Shown here: positions 39,512 through 51,959 of the stretch, piece after piece | Position numbering within the stretch: position 1 is the first letter of the stretch | Layout: the number at the start of each line of letters is the position of its first letter | From: Bigelowiella natans CCMP2755 | Taxonomy: Eukaryota; Protista; Cercozoa | Length of the DNA stretch: 64,000 nt | NCBI GenBank assembly: GCA_000320545.1 | Contig: ADNK01001668.1 | Span: 74,039-138,038, forward strand | Reading direction: 5' to 3' | Made by a program: the position numbers and the translations under genes | The notes under the pieces: model-generated | The model's input: only the letters and a program-made list of their open reading frames with translations | What the model was told of the DNA's origin: nothing | The model's database searches: none

Positions 39512-39759
39512 CTTAATCTGAGCCATAAAATATACCGAATTTTTGTTTAATAGGAATTTACTAGTCAAATGGCCAATTGTTGCAAGTCTTTCACGAAAAT
39601 TGCCAGGACTGAGGCGACAAATGGGAATTTTGACACGGAAAAGATGAATCTCAAAGCTCTCGCAATCTTTCTTGCCCGCAAATACGCAACCGTCGTCCCC
39701 CCCCCCACGTTGCCATTGTCCACCCCCATCCTCACAGTGATTGCAGAAACAGTGAGACG

Positions 39760-41475
39760 ATGTCTGACATCTTCGAAGCAGCAAAGAACAACGATCTCGC
39801 TCGTCTGAAGTGTTTGATTGAGCAAAAGGCAAACATCGAGGCGAAGAACAGCAGAGGTGGGTAGCAGCGGCAGCATCGCCATTTAGGCAGCACAGGCTGC
39901 AGTTGCAGCATTGGGAAAATGATGGAAGAGTTGGGTCAATTTTCAGTGGCAGTAGGACTCATAGTAGCAGTAGTAGTAGTAGCAGCAAATGCAACAGCAG
40001 TAGTAGAAGCAAGATGGTAGCAACAGGATTGGGCAATGGGCATGAGGAGTAGCTATTTCAATGGCATTGAGAAGTGAGCAGTGGGGTTGGTAAACTAGGT
40101 GTTGACAATAGTAGAAGTAGCTAAAGAAGTAGAAGTAGAATGGCAGCAAGAAAGAGAAAACAGAATGGTTGGTGTGGATGAGGGTTGCGGTTCATCATGG
40201 ATCTTGAAAGACTTGCAGAGGTTAATCATTCGATGCTGTTGATTTGAGGAGGGTTATTGATATTGTATACATGTGTCATTGTTGTTTGTGCGTCTAAAAT
40301 GGGGTCGCATACCCCCAGGTGAAACACCGTTGATTTCGGGTTCTTTCAATGGCCATTTGGAGACCGTCAAGTACCTGGTTGGTATGAAGGCAAACATCGA
40401 GGCGAAGGACATATACGGTGGGTAGCAGCTGCAGTGTTGCTAGCGTTTAGGCAGTATTTGCAGTGTTGGGTGGGTGATGGTAATTGCTGTTGGTAGCAGT
40501 AGTGATATTGGTATTAGTAATAGTTTTGAGTAGTGAGTACAAGGAGTAGTAGTTGTATCAGTATTGGGTAGTGAGTAGCCGAGACTGGTAAACTGAGCAT
40601 TGGTATTAGTAGAGGTAGTAATATTAGTTTTACAAAAATTAATTAGAAGTTAGTTTGAGGATAGTCGTTGACATTGCATACAAGTGTTATTGTTGTTTGT
40701 GCGTCTAAAATGGGGTCGCATACCCCCAGGTGAAACACCGTTGATTTCGGGTTCTTTCAATGGCCATTTGGAGACCGTCAAGTACCTGGTTGGTATGAAG
40801 GCAAACATCGAGGCGAAGGACGATAACGGTGGGTAGCAGCTGCAGTGTTGCTAGCGTTTAGGCAGTATTTGCAGTGTTGGGTGGGTGATGGTAATTGTTG
40901 TTGGTAGCAGTAGTGATAGTGGTATTAGTGATAGTTTTGAGTAGTGAGTAGTGAGTAATGGAAATAGTAGTAGAGGTAGTAGATTTTGTTGTAGCAGAAG
41001 TAGTACACAATATTATTTTGGGTTGCTAGTAGTCTGTTTGAGTGTTTTGTGGTTGCAATTTTTGATGTTGTAGGGTTGATTCGATGGCTAGTTGATTGCG
41101 ATTGACACTGCTGCTGTTGTGCCTCGCATTCGTTTGTTTAATTTTGCATTAGGCAATACCGCATTGTACTGGGCTAACAAGCAAGGTCATAACGATATCG
41201 TTCATTTTCTCCGCAATTATGAAGAGATTCAGAAAATTCGTGATGATGTTGAGAAGAAGGCCAGGCAAGAAGCTGAGGAGGTTGAGAGGAGTAGAAGTAG
41301 CCGTTTCATAAGCACATTATTATTTTTATTATCACACAAACACAATCACACAAGCGCTATCTTTCTCTATATCCTCCTCCTAACGTATCTGAGCTCTACA
41401 AAGTTATTTGTATTTGAATCATCGTATTTGTTCTGTTGAGACTCACACCCGCATAACTTATACAAATACATACAT

Positions 41476-41524
<49 letters not shown>

Positions 41525-43565
41525 TTACATACATAAATATGTCAACCACGTTAAAAATTACGTGATCTTGCATAATGGAATTAGTCTTGTAGTCTTGTAA
41601 AGCATATCATCTTAAGGTCGCAACCGCGCAGGCATCATCAAAACGCTCTTTGAGATTTGGCAAAGTCCAAATGTACTCTCCTGATCAGGTTTTGCGAATC
41701 TCACACACAACAAACGAAAGATCTTGTCAAACATCACCATTCTTGCACATTTTCTTGCGTTTCCTGTTTTTTGGTTTTTAAATAGTGGAGCTCCTACACA
41801 TTCCACTCATTCTCTTGTCTCGATTATGACCCTCGTGCAACTCTAACTAGATCAAACAAATCGGAGATCTTGGGAAGGGGAAATTTGGAAGGGTGTTTCA
41901 GGTCGAGATCACTATCGACGAAAAGGAAACGGTCAGTGAAAATCCCATCTTCCGCAAATGACAAGAAGCTCATGCAGATGCTGATGTGAAGGTTGCCGCG
42001 ATGAAGCGCGTTGGAAACAAGGCCGATCTCAGTCAAGCTCTCCTTTCAGAGGTAGAAACTCTCACAAGTTCTTCGTAACCCCTTCGGCCTTAGAAGAAGG
42101 GCAATTACATTTTCCCCCTTTTTTTCCACTTTAAATATTACATGCTTTCATCTATGTACATGTGCGAGCGATTCTTCTTTGGGAAAGGAATTTGTTAGCG
42201 GTCTTTTGTCGCTTGCTGTTCAGAACCGAAGTCATTCGTTATCTATTCGTTTTTATCACAGCTTTTGATTCTCTCCGAATTAAAGTCCCATCCGAATCTT
42301 CTTGTATTCTATGGCGTCGTGACCATAGAGGATCGCCTTCATTTCCTCAACGAGTTTTGTGCGAAAGGTCGTTGCGGAATCTTTTGTTGAACACCGCTTT
42401 GTAGATAGTACGGCAATCGCCTGATAAATTCATCTACCAAATGAAGTTTACACCAATCTTATTGGGCTTTTTTTTTGCGAATTCGATTTTTAATTCTATT
42501 GCTATTTTCACGAGCCTGATCACCAACGATATTCGTCGAATGGGGCGGTAGATGAGCGCAAACATCTCTTTCTCTGTGCGATCACGTAAACATCAATATG
42601 TGTTGCAGGTAGCCTGGACGCGCTCCACGAGAAAGAAGACCTTACCTCTAAAGATAGGTTCTGGCAGGTTGTGGGAGGCGTTCTCAGCGGACTTGCTGCC
42701 TTTCATCAGAGTAGCAAACTTCATTAGTTTCATAGCATAAAAAATAGAAGCATCAATGCGAGCGTTGGTAGTGGCATGGCATCAATACGAGTGTTTGTAG
42801 TAGTAGCATTGATGTAAAAACAATGAGGTTGTTTCGCAGCGAAGGTTACAAAGAGTGTAGCGGGGTTACACACAATGGCATTGAGATCTACCAAGAATGC
42901 AAACGCTAAGATTTGCCCTCGCTAATAAAGTTTACTGATTGCCACACTATAGGTGGCCTTGTTCATCGAGATATCGCTTGCCGCAACCTTTTCATGAAAG
43001 CGAATGGCGTCGTGGTTCTTGGCGACTATGGTTTGTCCAAGAAAACCAAGGTAATTTCTCGCAGCATAGCCGCTTTTTATTCGTGGAATTCGACACAGTA
43101 GAACCGAACTTTTGATCCTTGAAAGTAAGATCGAAAATTTGCCTTTATCATTGCTACAGTGAGTACTACCTCTACCGCTGCTACATCTTGTAATCCTTAG
43201 TGTAACTATTACAATTGATACAACTATTGCTACCTTAGCAGCGAAATGTGACTTTTTATAGTCCCCATTCGTTGATTTCCCCCTCATTAGCTTACACTTT
43301 CGCTGCCTTGTGATCTCCTCTTGCTCGCAGGGGGGAAATAAAATCTACAAGATGACGAACCTGGAGACGATGCTGCCCTGGGCGTGGTGTGCGCCTGAAA
43401 GTCTACTACAGCGGGAATTCAGCCAGAAATCCGACATCTGGATGTTTGGCGTCACCGTTTGGGAGATTTTGACCAAGGGGAAATGTCCGACCAGGGAGCT
43501 GTCAAGTTTACAACAGTTCAGAAACGAGCTGCAAAAGGGAAGGATGCCCCTTAAGGTTTTCAATC

Positions 43566-43601
<36 letters not shown>

Positions 43602-44995
43602 AATGATGATGATTGGTGCTTTTCTTCTAATGCCATTCTCTGATAGTTCCCCATGGAATTTGTTTTCTGACATTAGATCCCTGACGGTCCTCCTCGATCA
43701 AAGAAGTTGTTGTCTTTGTGTTTTCAATTCGAAGTCAAGGTGTTGCACCTTTTGTTTTTTATTGTGTACATTCGTTCTCCCTTTAAATTGTGTATCTTAT
43801 TTATTTATTTTTTAAACTTGCTATTTCCATAAATGTAGACATGTAATGACACGTTGTTCGAATGTTTGTGAGAGTGGGAGAGAGAGAGGGAGAGAGAGCG
43901 TGTAAATTTTTGTGAGTGTTATGCCTGGACGATTTTGATTTTTGCCTATCCTCAATACTCTCTCTATTTTTTGTATTTATGTCATTCGTGTATTCCCATT
44001 TTTTCTATCTCTCCAAATAGCCCACATTTCATACGGTTAATATTCGCACACATATAATCCTACATTCTTATATTATGTACTAGTTTATCTGTACATATGT
44101 GCACATCAATCGCAAGGAGGTTTTTCGTGAGAACGAATTTGATGCACATCCACCTTAGAATTCCACGCAGAAGAAGCACAATAGTGGAAAGCCAGTGATT
44201 TCCTGGAGCAAGCACGATGTTGTCAACTTCATCAAGACGATTAGTACTAGAGGAAACAAAAATTGGACAAAATGCATCGAGGTGCTATTGTTTCAACATC
44301 ATCATTGTGTTTAGTTTGTAACAATATGCCGAGAGATGAACCCAGAGCTAAAATCCAGCATTGAAAGATCGTTTGATTGCCTCTTTGTGCATATCTTCGT
44401 TCAATCTATAAACAGACTTATTATATACTCCAGGTTGTTCTTGAGCATGATCTTGAGTACTCGGTGCTGCAAGACTGTGAAGTCGAAGATCTCGTTAAGT
44501 TAGGAATTCCAGAGCTGTATGCCAAAAGCCTCCTTAAGAAGTTGAAAAGGGTTTATGAGGAGGGTGTTCCCGGCGACGCAAAGGTTACAACGTCACGCCA
44601 CCTCAGCACGTTTTTGACACCTCAATGAGCGGGAATCTGGTGCCTCATCTGGACAGTCTAGCGTTCGTTTTGAGTCGAATTGGTGTTCATTAGGAAACGG
44701 GAGACAAGCACGGAAAAACCATTGTTGATCCAACGGTGAGAGGGGTTGTTTTTACAAAATGTATCGTGTGAGATTGTGTGTAGATGCTTAACATAACGTT
44801 TTTATAGATGCGCATGGTCTCTTGACACCCCATGACAATTTGTTCCTTTCTTCGCGTTGTCGTTTTTGCATCCAACTTTCACATCAGAAGCGTCCCTCTG
44901 CGTCGGTACTGATTCAAAAATTCGCTGGTTGGAGCAACGAGGACGATTACATGTACATGAACGATTCATGCGAAAATGATTGCCCTGCTGAATGA
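39760..44995 (+). CDS. Ankyrin repeat - tyrosine-kinase-type kinase - SAM domain protein (spliced)
   Basis: MSDIFEAAKNNDLARLKCLIEQKANIEAK; 2x GETPLISGSFNGHLETVKYLVGMKANIEAKD; GNTALYWANKQGHNDIVHFL; LGKGKFGRVF; VAAMK; HRDIACRNLF; LGDYGLS; LPWAWCAPESL..KSDIWMFGVTVWEILTKG; SAM-like WSKHDVVNFI..EDLVKLGIP. 3' end uncertain. Confidence 0.85.
40279..40945 (+). repeat. Tandem duplication (411-bp period) of a 99-nt ankyrin exon with its flanking intron sequence
   Basis: Exons 40319-40417 and 40730-40828 are identical except near the 3' end, and the flanking intron sequence is near-identical. Confidence 0.95.
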
Positions 44996-47691
44996 AATTG
45001 GTTTCGTGATTGGCATCGCGTCACTGAATGCATGATGACGTTTGGGCCACATGCTCATTAATAATAATCTATTTTCCTGACAAAAATTCATAATTTGGTT
45101 CATTACCTCATATTTACTTATATCATAAGAAGGTTTATCTCTTTTATTTTTATCTTGTTTTTGACAGTTATTACATACCCATATATGTTTGTTTGATCTG
45201 TTATTTATTTAATTATTTATTTATTTTTATTTAAAAAAAAAATGAACTATTCAGTAACAATCATGTTTTTTTCTGAATAAGTTGCTACATGACTAAATAT
45301 ATATATATATTTGCTTTCAAAAATTCATTTCTTTTTCCTTATTTTCGGTTGGTATGAAATGTGTCTGTTCACACAAATTGCAAAAAAGCAAAAAAAAAAC
45401 TAGATCATGGAAAAATTTCATAGTCACAATGATGATCCATGGAAAATGACAGATCATGTTGTTATGTCTGAAAACACTCGTTGTGAAATGGTCAATTTGC
45501 ATCCAAATGATCCATCTGGGGTCATGGGAGTATCAACACCCTGTGATGATGAAAAAATGACAGTGAAACAACTGGTTCAATTTGTCTGAATGCACGTCAC
45601 ATGAACTGCATCCATTCACAAACTACACGCTTCCGAATGGCAGTCTTCCAGGCACGTGTGCGTGTGTGTGTGTGCCTGGAAGTGTGGTGCATCATGCTAG
45701 CATGTGGGACGCACTGTCTCGTTGCGTCGCGTGTGCAGCACGTGCAAACTGTCCAGCTGTGCCACCTAGCCATCCACGTGTGCTGTCAATGCAGGAACAA
45801 ATTCAGGACGTATGCATCGCAGCAGTGCGCACCAACAGCACGTGCAGTTGCTTTGTCACCCATGCCAGCATGCGTGCTCCAGCTCTTGTGATGATGGAGT
45901 TTGCGAAGACGTTTGGCAGTCTCCGCCGCCGCCGCTGCTGCTGCATCGTCAACACGACGCTGTCATCTTGTTGCTGCCTGCTGGCAGGAAGAAGGACCAC
46001 CATCTTCGAAAGTTTCAGACCGATTCCACCAGCTGCCGCAAAGGAGGGTGCCAGTCACGGTCGTGTTGTGATCACCAGAGCAATGGCGCAGCAGCGGTGA
46101 CAGTTCAGAAGGTGCGGTGGCGGCTCTGACGTGCCATTTTCCTTCCTGCATCATCGTCTTGCACATCTCTTCCACACTTCCACACACACCTTCACTGTTG
46201 CTGCCACTGCTCTGGCACCAGGAAGTTCTGCAGCTGTGGCAATGAACACTGCAGTGTGACAACGTCTTTGCTTTCGTTCCGTGCTTCAGTTTGGTCGTCA
46301 GCACAATTTTCCAATTCATTTCAACGTGAAGCCTGCTCCGACACTCCGACAAGACCTGACACAAACGGTGTGAAGTCCATGCACGTAGGCATCTCAATTC
46401 CACATCGGACAAATCACAGGCAAGCTGCAGGCAAACCTCAGAAATCACGATGGTGAGCCTCTCCGAACGAGATCCGACATCCATTCGAAAAAAAATTCTC
46501 AAAAATCACTTGATCTTCACCCACTTTCCAATGCGTTTTGGATCCATGGCACGCAAGGTTCCATCGGTAAAAGTCTTCTGCGACATGAGGTGAGAGTTGT
46601 CGCGCACTCGCAAAACACCTGATGCCGCAATGCAAAATGCCCGCCCGCGTGCAAGACCAGAAAGCCCGCCCAGCTTCGAGCTCTCATCTGTGCCCATGGA
46701 AACAAACCAAACCTTGATCGACACAGGGCAAGAGATGCAACAACCTTGCTTGGCACAGATTGAGCATGAATTCAATCAGGAGCAAGCATGATGCATGAAA
46801 ATGAGAAATGCAAGAGGGAGTGCAACCGCCTGTCACAGGCCATTAGGAGGACATCGGATGGCTCAAGAAAATCTGAATTGGTTGGACAACGAAGAATTTT
46901 GAGAAGGAGCAATGAAAAAAAAACGGACACCAAGCCATCCGGTGAGTTCAAATCGTCTCTCCAAGAAGGAAAGACGCAGCAGTCGCAATGCACCAGGCTC
47001 AAGGGGAGAAAACGGTGGGAAGATGGATTGTGAAATCAAATGGGTGAAGACGGCTACTGGAATTCCTGCAAAAACAAGTGATCGGTTTGCAAATTTCATT
47101 CATGAAATCATGGAATTGGAATTCTCGCAATCCTTTTTCAAGCAGCTTCAACTCCACAATGTCAGGCATCAAATTCCGAGTCTGCATCCAACATTTCTTT
47201 CCCCACAATTGTCATCGTTGTTGCCATCATTGCAATCATCATCATCACCACATCATTGTCATTGTTGTTGTCATCATCATCATGAATTGTGCACATCCAC
47301 CACTTTCTTCATTTCACACCTTGCCAGCTCACCGAGCAGCCTTTCTCCACAACATGCTCGTTGTCAGCACTGACTTCTTCATCTTCTCACTGCACACTGA
47401 TGACAACAATTGTGTTGAATGTTCATTTGCCAATTTTCTTCAAGAAATCATGTGAAGGAGGAGCTCAGCATTGAAATGAAATCCCTTGAAGACGGCTTGA
47501 AACAGATCAGAGAAATTGGCATCAAGGCAGAGATGCAAAATGAAATCTGCAGCGGCCACGTCTTTCTTCATCTCTGTGACCAAGACGGCAAGCTGACACA
47601 GAAGCCCTTCGACCAAATTTCTCTGAGGTGGGGAGCGTTTGAAATCGCATGCTTCACGTGTTCATCCGTCTGCAGAACAGATGCCAAGAAT

Positions 47692-47752
<61 letters not shown>

Positions 47753-48105
47753 AACACATGTGTGCATGCACACATGCATTTGCGTCTTGCAAAGAGCATC
47801 AAGACTGAAATCATTCGAGTTTTGCTTGTGCCCTGTGTGGACATGAGTTCAACAATGTGTTTTGTGCACCTCGTGCGGTGCTCAGTCTCGATGGCGGCAG
47901 TGCTCTGGACTCACGTGGATTCGTGGCATCATTCAGCAAAAGCTGTGGATGGGCACGTTTTGTGCAAATTCCAATGCCATCATCGCACCTTTTCTCCCAT
48001 GCTCATGCAAGCAATGGGTGCGCCATGGTTGATCGCTGCGCTTCCATGTTCGTGTGACCCACGGGCAATTGGTTCACCAAAATCGTGCACCTCATGCGCG
48101 GCATG

Positions 48106-48260
48106 TTCAGCTTCATCGTGAACCTTTCGAACGCAACTTCGTTTCTTTTCTGCTTTTTTCTTTGTCATCATGTTGTGTGAGACGGATTCAGCTTCATCGT
48201 GAACCTTTCGAACGCAACTTCGTTTCTTTTCTGCTTTTTTCTTTGTCATTGTGTTGTGCA
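48106..48260. repeat. Tandem duplication with 81-bp period
   Basis: ttcagcttcatcgtgaacctttcgaacgcaacttcg...ctttgtcat starts at 48106 and 48187. Confidence 0.95.
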
Positions 48261-48515
48261 TGCATGTTTTGTTGTTTGATGCTCATGCTGTTCGCAAAGT
48301 GACATGTCATGAAAAAAATGTGAAATGATGCGATGCTCACTGGCAATTCTTCACTTTTGGAGGTGCCCCAAGACCCAACTCGACTCGGCTGGTGAGACGC
48401 ACTGGATCGATTTGGTGAACATCTCGTTCACGTGCAACCCTTTGCGGTCCACCGCGTGGCCACGCACATGTGCAATGGGCATGGATGCAGTGTGAGTTGC
48501 AGAGACCAATGAAAA

Positions 48516-49976
48516 ATGTGGCCCTGCAGGCTTCAGTCGTGTGCACATGTCAGTGGTGGTGGTGAAAGTGGTGAAGACGATGAACGAGAAAGAAGAAGAA
48601 GAAGAAAAAAGCGCAAAAAAAAACGTGAGAAAAACAAAAAACGTTCTTCTTCCCCCCGTGATGAAAGCAAAAGCAACACCGAATTGATCACGGCACTCAC
48701 TCAAAAAGCGAGTGATGCACTGATCAACAACGAAGAAAAGATTGAACAAGTTCTCTCGAACCCTGGAATGCAGAAAATTTTGCTGGAAACCCCGGATCAC
48801 GTGAAGGAGATGGTTGAGGGCAAGAAGATGGGGCCACGAATGCAACCAGAGTTTCTTGCAAAAAAACTCAACAAAGTGTTCGAAAAAGCAGACACCACTG
48901 AGCCCTCGTCGCAAGCAAGAGTCAGAAAAGCGCAAGGTCTGCCAACCCCCCAGTTCTCCCCCCCGTCTCACGCCAAGCCAATGGTGTCATCGGCCGAGGA
49001 GAAGCTCCCAGCACGCATCGCGTGCGTGTCATCTTCTCCGACAAACGAGGCCGACAACAAGGCACTGGATTTCCAAACTGAGTGTGAGCTGATGCGGGAA
49101 CTCATCAGAGTTTGCCCCAAATTTCAGTGTTCGACATGCCGTGCGAGTGAGGAGCAAATGGATGCTGCTGTCGGCTCAAAATGTTTTTGTCTCCATTGCT
49201 CTGGGCACGGTCATCCTGAGAAGGGTCTCTGCATTGAAGGTGACCCGGCGATTGGAAAACCCGGCAAACACCTTGATGGAAAAGCCCTTGCAGAAATGTT
49301 CAGAAGGAATCGAAATGGACGGCCCAAGATTGTGCATCTAGCGGCATGCCACAGCGAGATTGTGGGCAAAAAACTCACAGAAGATGGATCAGTGAGCCAC
49401 GTCATGGCCTGTCGAGGAAAGGACGAACTCAGCGATCACGGTGCCCCGGTGTTTGCGGGCACATTTCATCAACGGTTGCCACAAGGGCACTCTGCATTGG
49501 AAGCTTTTGAACTGGCCAAGCGAAGACTCCGTGTGACAGCTCAACAATGTGAAAACCGAGCGCTTTTTTGCCTGGAGGAGCATCCCAAGCCATCATTGAT
49601 CGCAGCCAAGCTCGAGGAAAAACTCAAGTCTCTGCATGCGCAATGCACAACACACTGTGCAAAGTGGAAAGTGGAACGAGACTTTCGTGTCTTCTGCAAG
49701 AAAGAAAACATTGATCAGGAAGTGCAAGAAGAGCTCCTTTGGGCAGATTTAGCTGAGAATGAAGTGGACAAATTGACACTTTTGCCCCGGTCCACTGACA
49801 ACGATGAAATTCACAACGTGAAATGCGAGTTCAGGGAGTTGGAACAAATCGAGCCCAAAACGGGATGGATCCCAGATCCAGATCCTGGGTCTTTCTTCTC
49901 ACGAGATGCAGTGAAGGAGCAGTGCCGTGAAATCTTGGAAAATTGCAGGCTTTCCATGCGCCAAGAAGATTGCTAG
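48516..49976 (+). pseudogene. CHAT-domain (caspase-HetF-like) protein, hypermutated
   Basis: IACVSSSP...LDFQTECELM; CLHCSGHG; PKIVHLAACHSEIVGKKL..VSHV; LSD.GA.VFA.TFHQRL.QGHSALEAFELAK. This is the CHAT His/Cys dyad and typical flanks. There is no Tyr in 486 codons. Confidence 0.8.
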
Positions 49977-50834
49977 AACAATTGGCCAGGTTCCCCGAAG
50001 AAGACGAGGAGGAGGATGATGCTGCCTCAATGCCATTTTCTTTGCCCCATGACACCTGCTCGAAACCCTTGGACCTTGGAAAAAAAGACGGCGTTTGGTT
50101 GAGCTTTTTGAATTGGAGACGAGTCACATTCGCCTCGCAAAAATCGGATCACATGAAAATGTTGAAAATTCAAATCAAGAATTGCGATGTCAATCACTTT
50201 TCTCACTCATGCCGGTGCTCATTGCGCACCCGAGTGTGCTGCACGTGCGCGCTCATTGTCACAGGGACGTTGCGTGCCACGTGATGGCATCAAGTGGCAT
50301 TTGCAGCAAAAGGGGGGAGGCAACATCATCAAAGAGCACAATGTTGTGTTTTCATCTGTGCGCATGAAAGCTTTTTTGGGGCAATTTTGGTCTTTCAACA
50401 AACGGTTCAAATTGTTCTGGCGACAATGGATGCATGCACCGCTGATGAACACTCATTTTGAGAAGTGGCAACATGGCAGCTCCATCGCAGAAATGCACTC
50501 CAATGTGATGTTTGCGACATTGGAATGAACACACATTTTTTTTCATTTCTTCTCACTTCACCATGAGCAGATCCTTCTCGAAATCTGATGGGGTCGAATC
50601 TTTTTGAACATTGCAAGCGCCGATCCTTCACCACAGTCAACGAATGAACAAGTGAACAAACGAATGACATTGAGAAATCAAAACAATGTTTCGCGTGTGA
50701 AGTTCAACATCAAACCATTGCATGTGTGTCACAAAAAAGTGCAAAAAAGTGATGCATTTTTTGCATTTTTTTCCTCACATCAAATCAATTCATGTCACAA
50801 GGTGTCATTTTCTGGTTTTTTTGCACTTGAAAAT

Positions 50835-51460
50835 GAACGAAGTGTCAATGAACCAAACCAAAAAGTCACGGTTGCCATTCGAAATTTCAATGTCGATGCA
50901 AAAACACCTCTGAGCATCGGAAACTGTGTCAGAATTGCTGGTGAAATCAACAAACTGATGAAATCGGTGAAATCGCTAGCCGACGCTGTCACCAACGTGA
51001 AACCAGAAAACAAAGCAGGCACAATGCTTGCGGTCATGCTTTCGACCTCAAGTGGTGACGGCGTGAAATCGGTGTTGCCCGAGTTGCAGAGGAATCAGAT
51101 TCTGAAATTTTGTGGAGATTCCGAAACCGTCAACATGCTCGTTGGTTTGGTCGATTGGGTTGCCGACGCAGCGCTCAAAAGTCTAGATGCTGACAAAGAC
51201 GGCATTGTGACGAGACAAGAAGTGGAAGATGACTGCATTGAAACTTGTTTGTGCATGAATGCGTGCGGTCATGGCCCCAAAGGCTGCGCGTGCTGCCAAC
51301 CAGGTGGCGCTCTCTCGTGCTGCTGCCCGTGTCTGGTCACCAACTCAGCGCAGTGCTGGTCGTGGGTTTTCGTCAATTGTTTGTGCTGCACGGCCACCGG
51401 TTCGCAATTGAAAGTGCAACGTGCATTTTGTCCCGAAAAATTGATCAAAATGAACATCAA
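50835..51460 (+). pseudogene. Intronless protein with an EF-hand-like loop and Cys-rich tail
   Basis: LKSLDADKDGIVTRQEV fits DxDxDGx(I/V)xxxE and is followed by a C-rich tail. Some of the Cys may be converted Tyr. Confidence 0.5.
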
Positions 51461-51959
51461 TTTTTTTTTTCCATGCAACACAACTCAAAAGTCATTCACA
51501 CGCACACAAACACACAACTCAAAAGTCATCATCGCTCCACCACCGCTGACTTCATGACAAAACAAAAGAAAACAAAAGAGAGAGAGAGAAAAAAAAGAAG
51601 GCAAACAGATGACTGAGATTGCAAGGAACATCAAGAAAGAGGCGGCAGAAAAATGGAAATCTGAATTTCTGAAGATCGCAAAAGAGCAAAACTCCAAGCT
51701 GAAGGATGACAAGGAATTGGCAAAGGTTGTCCATTTGCAAATTTGTTTCTGTCGTTCAAAGAAAATGTGTGTGAATGATGCAAATGTTTCCTGCGCATCA
51801 AGGAATTGTCGGACAATGGGTTGAACATGCTGTGCGTGACGTGGTCAGATGTCAGCAGATTCAAGGTGTTTCTTGCATTGAAAAAAAAAATGATGTTCTT
51901 CAACATGCTTTGGCTGGTCGCTTGAGTGTGAAAACAAATGGAAACAAAAAAAGAGAAAA

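Larger units (their letters stand above)
33840..39560. mobile_element. Endogenous giant-virus-like (NCLDV-like) segment
   Basis: Compact intronless ORFs with short poly-A/T spacers and almost no host-type microsatellites. Gene set is DUF6165+glycosyltransferase, PQ-loop, TFIIS zinc ribbon and a compact SET domain. Has an AT-rich end with a direct repeat at 39394-39510. No capsid or polymerase gene is seen, so viral origin is inferred. Confidence 0.6.

Noticed and set aside
39390-45330. Terminal inverted repeats between the two AT-rich patches flanking the ankyrin-kinase gene
   Set aside because: Only a short ttcctga.aaaaa match by eye, which is expected by chance in AT-rich DNA.
34999-49976. 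Alternative genetic code explaining missing Tyr
   Set aside because: TA is lost in all codon positions and in non-coding tracts, and neighbouring genes use Tyr and TAA/TAG normally.
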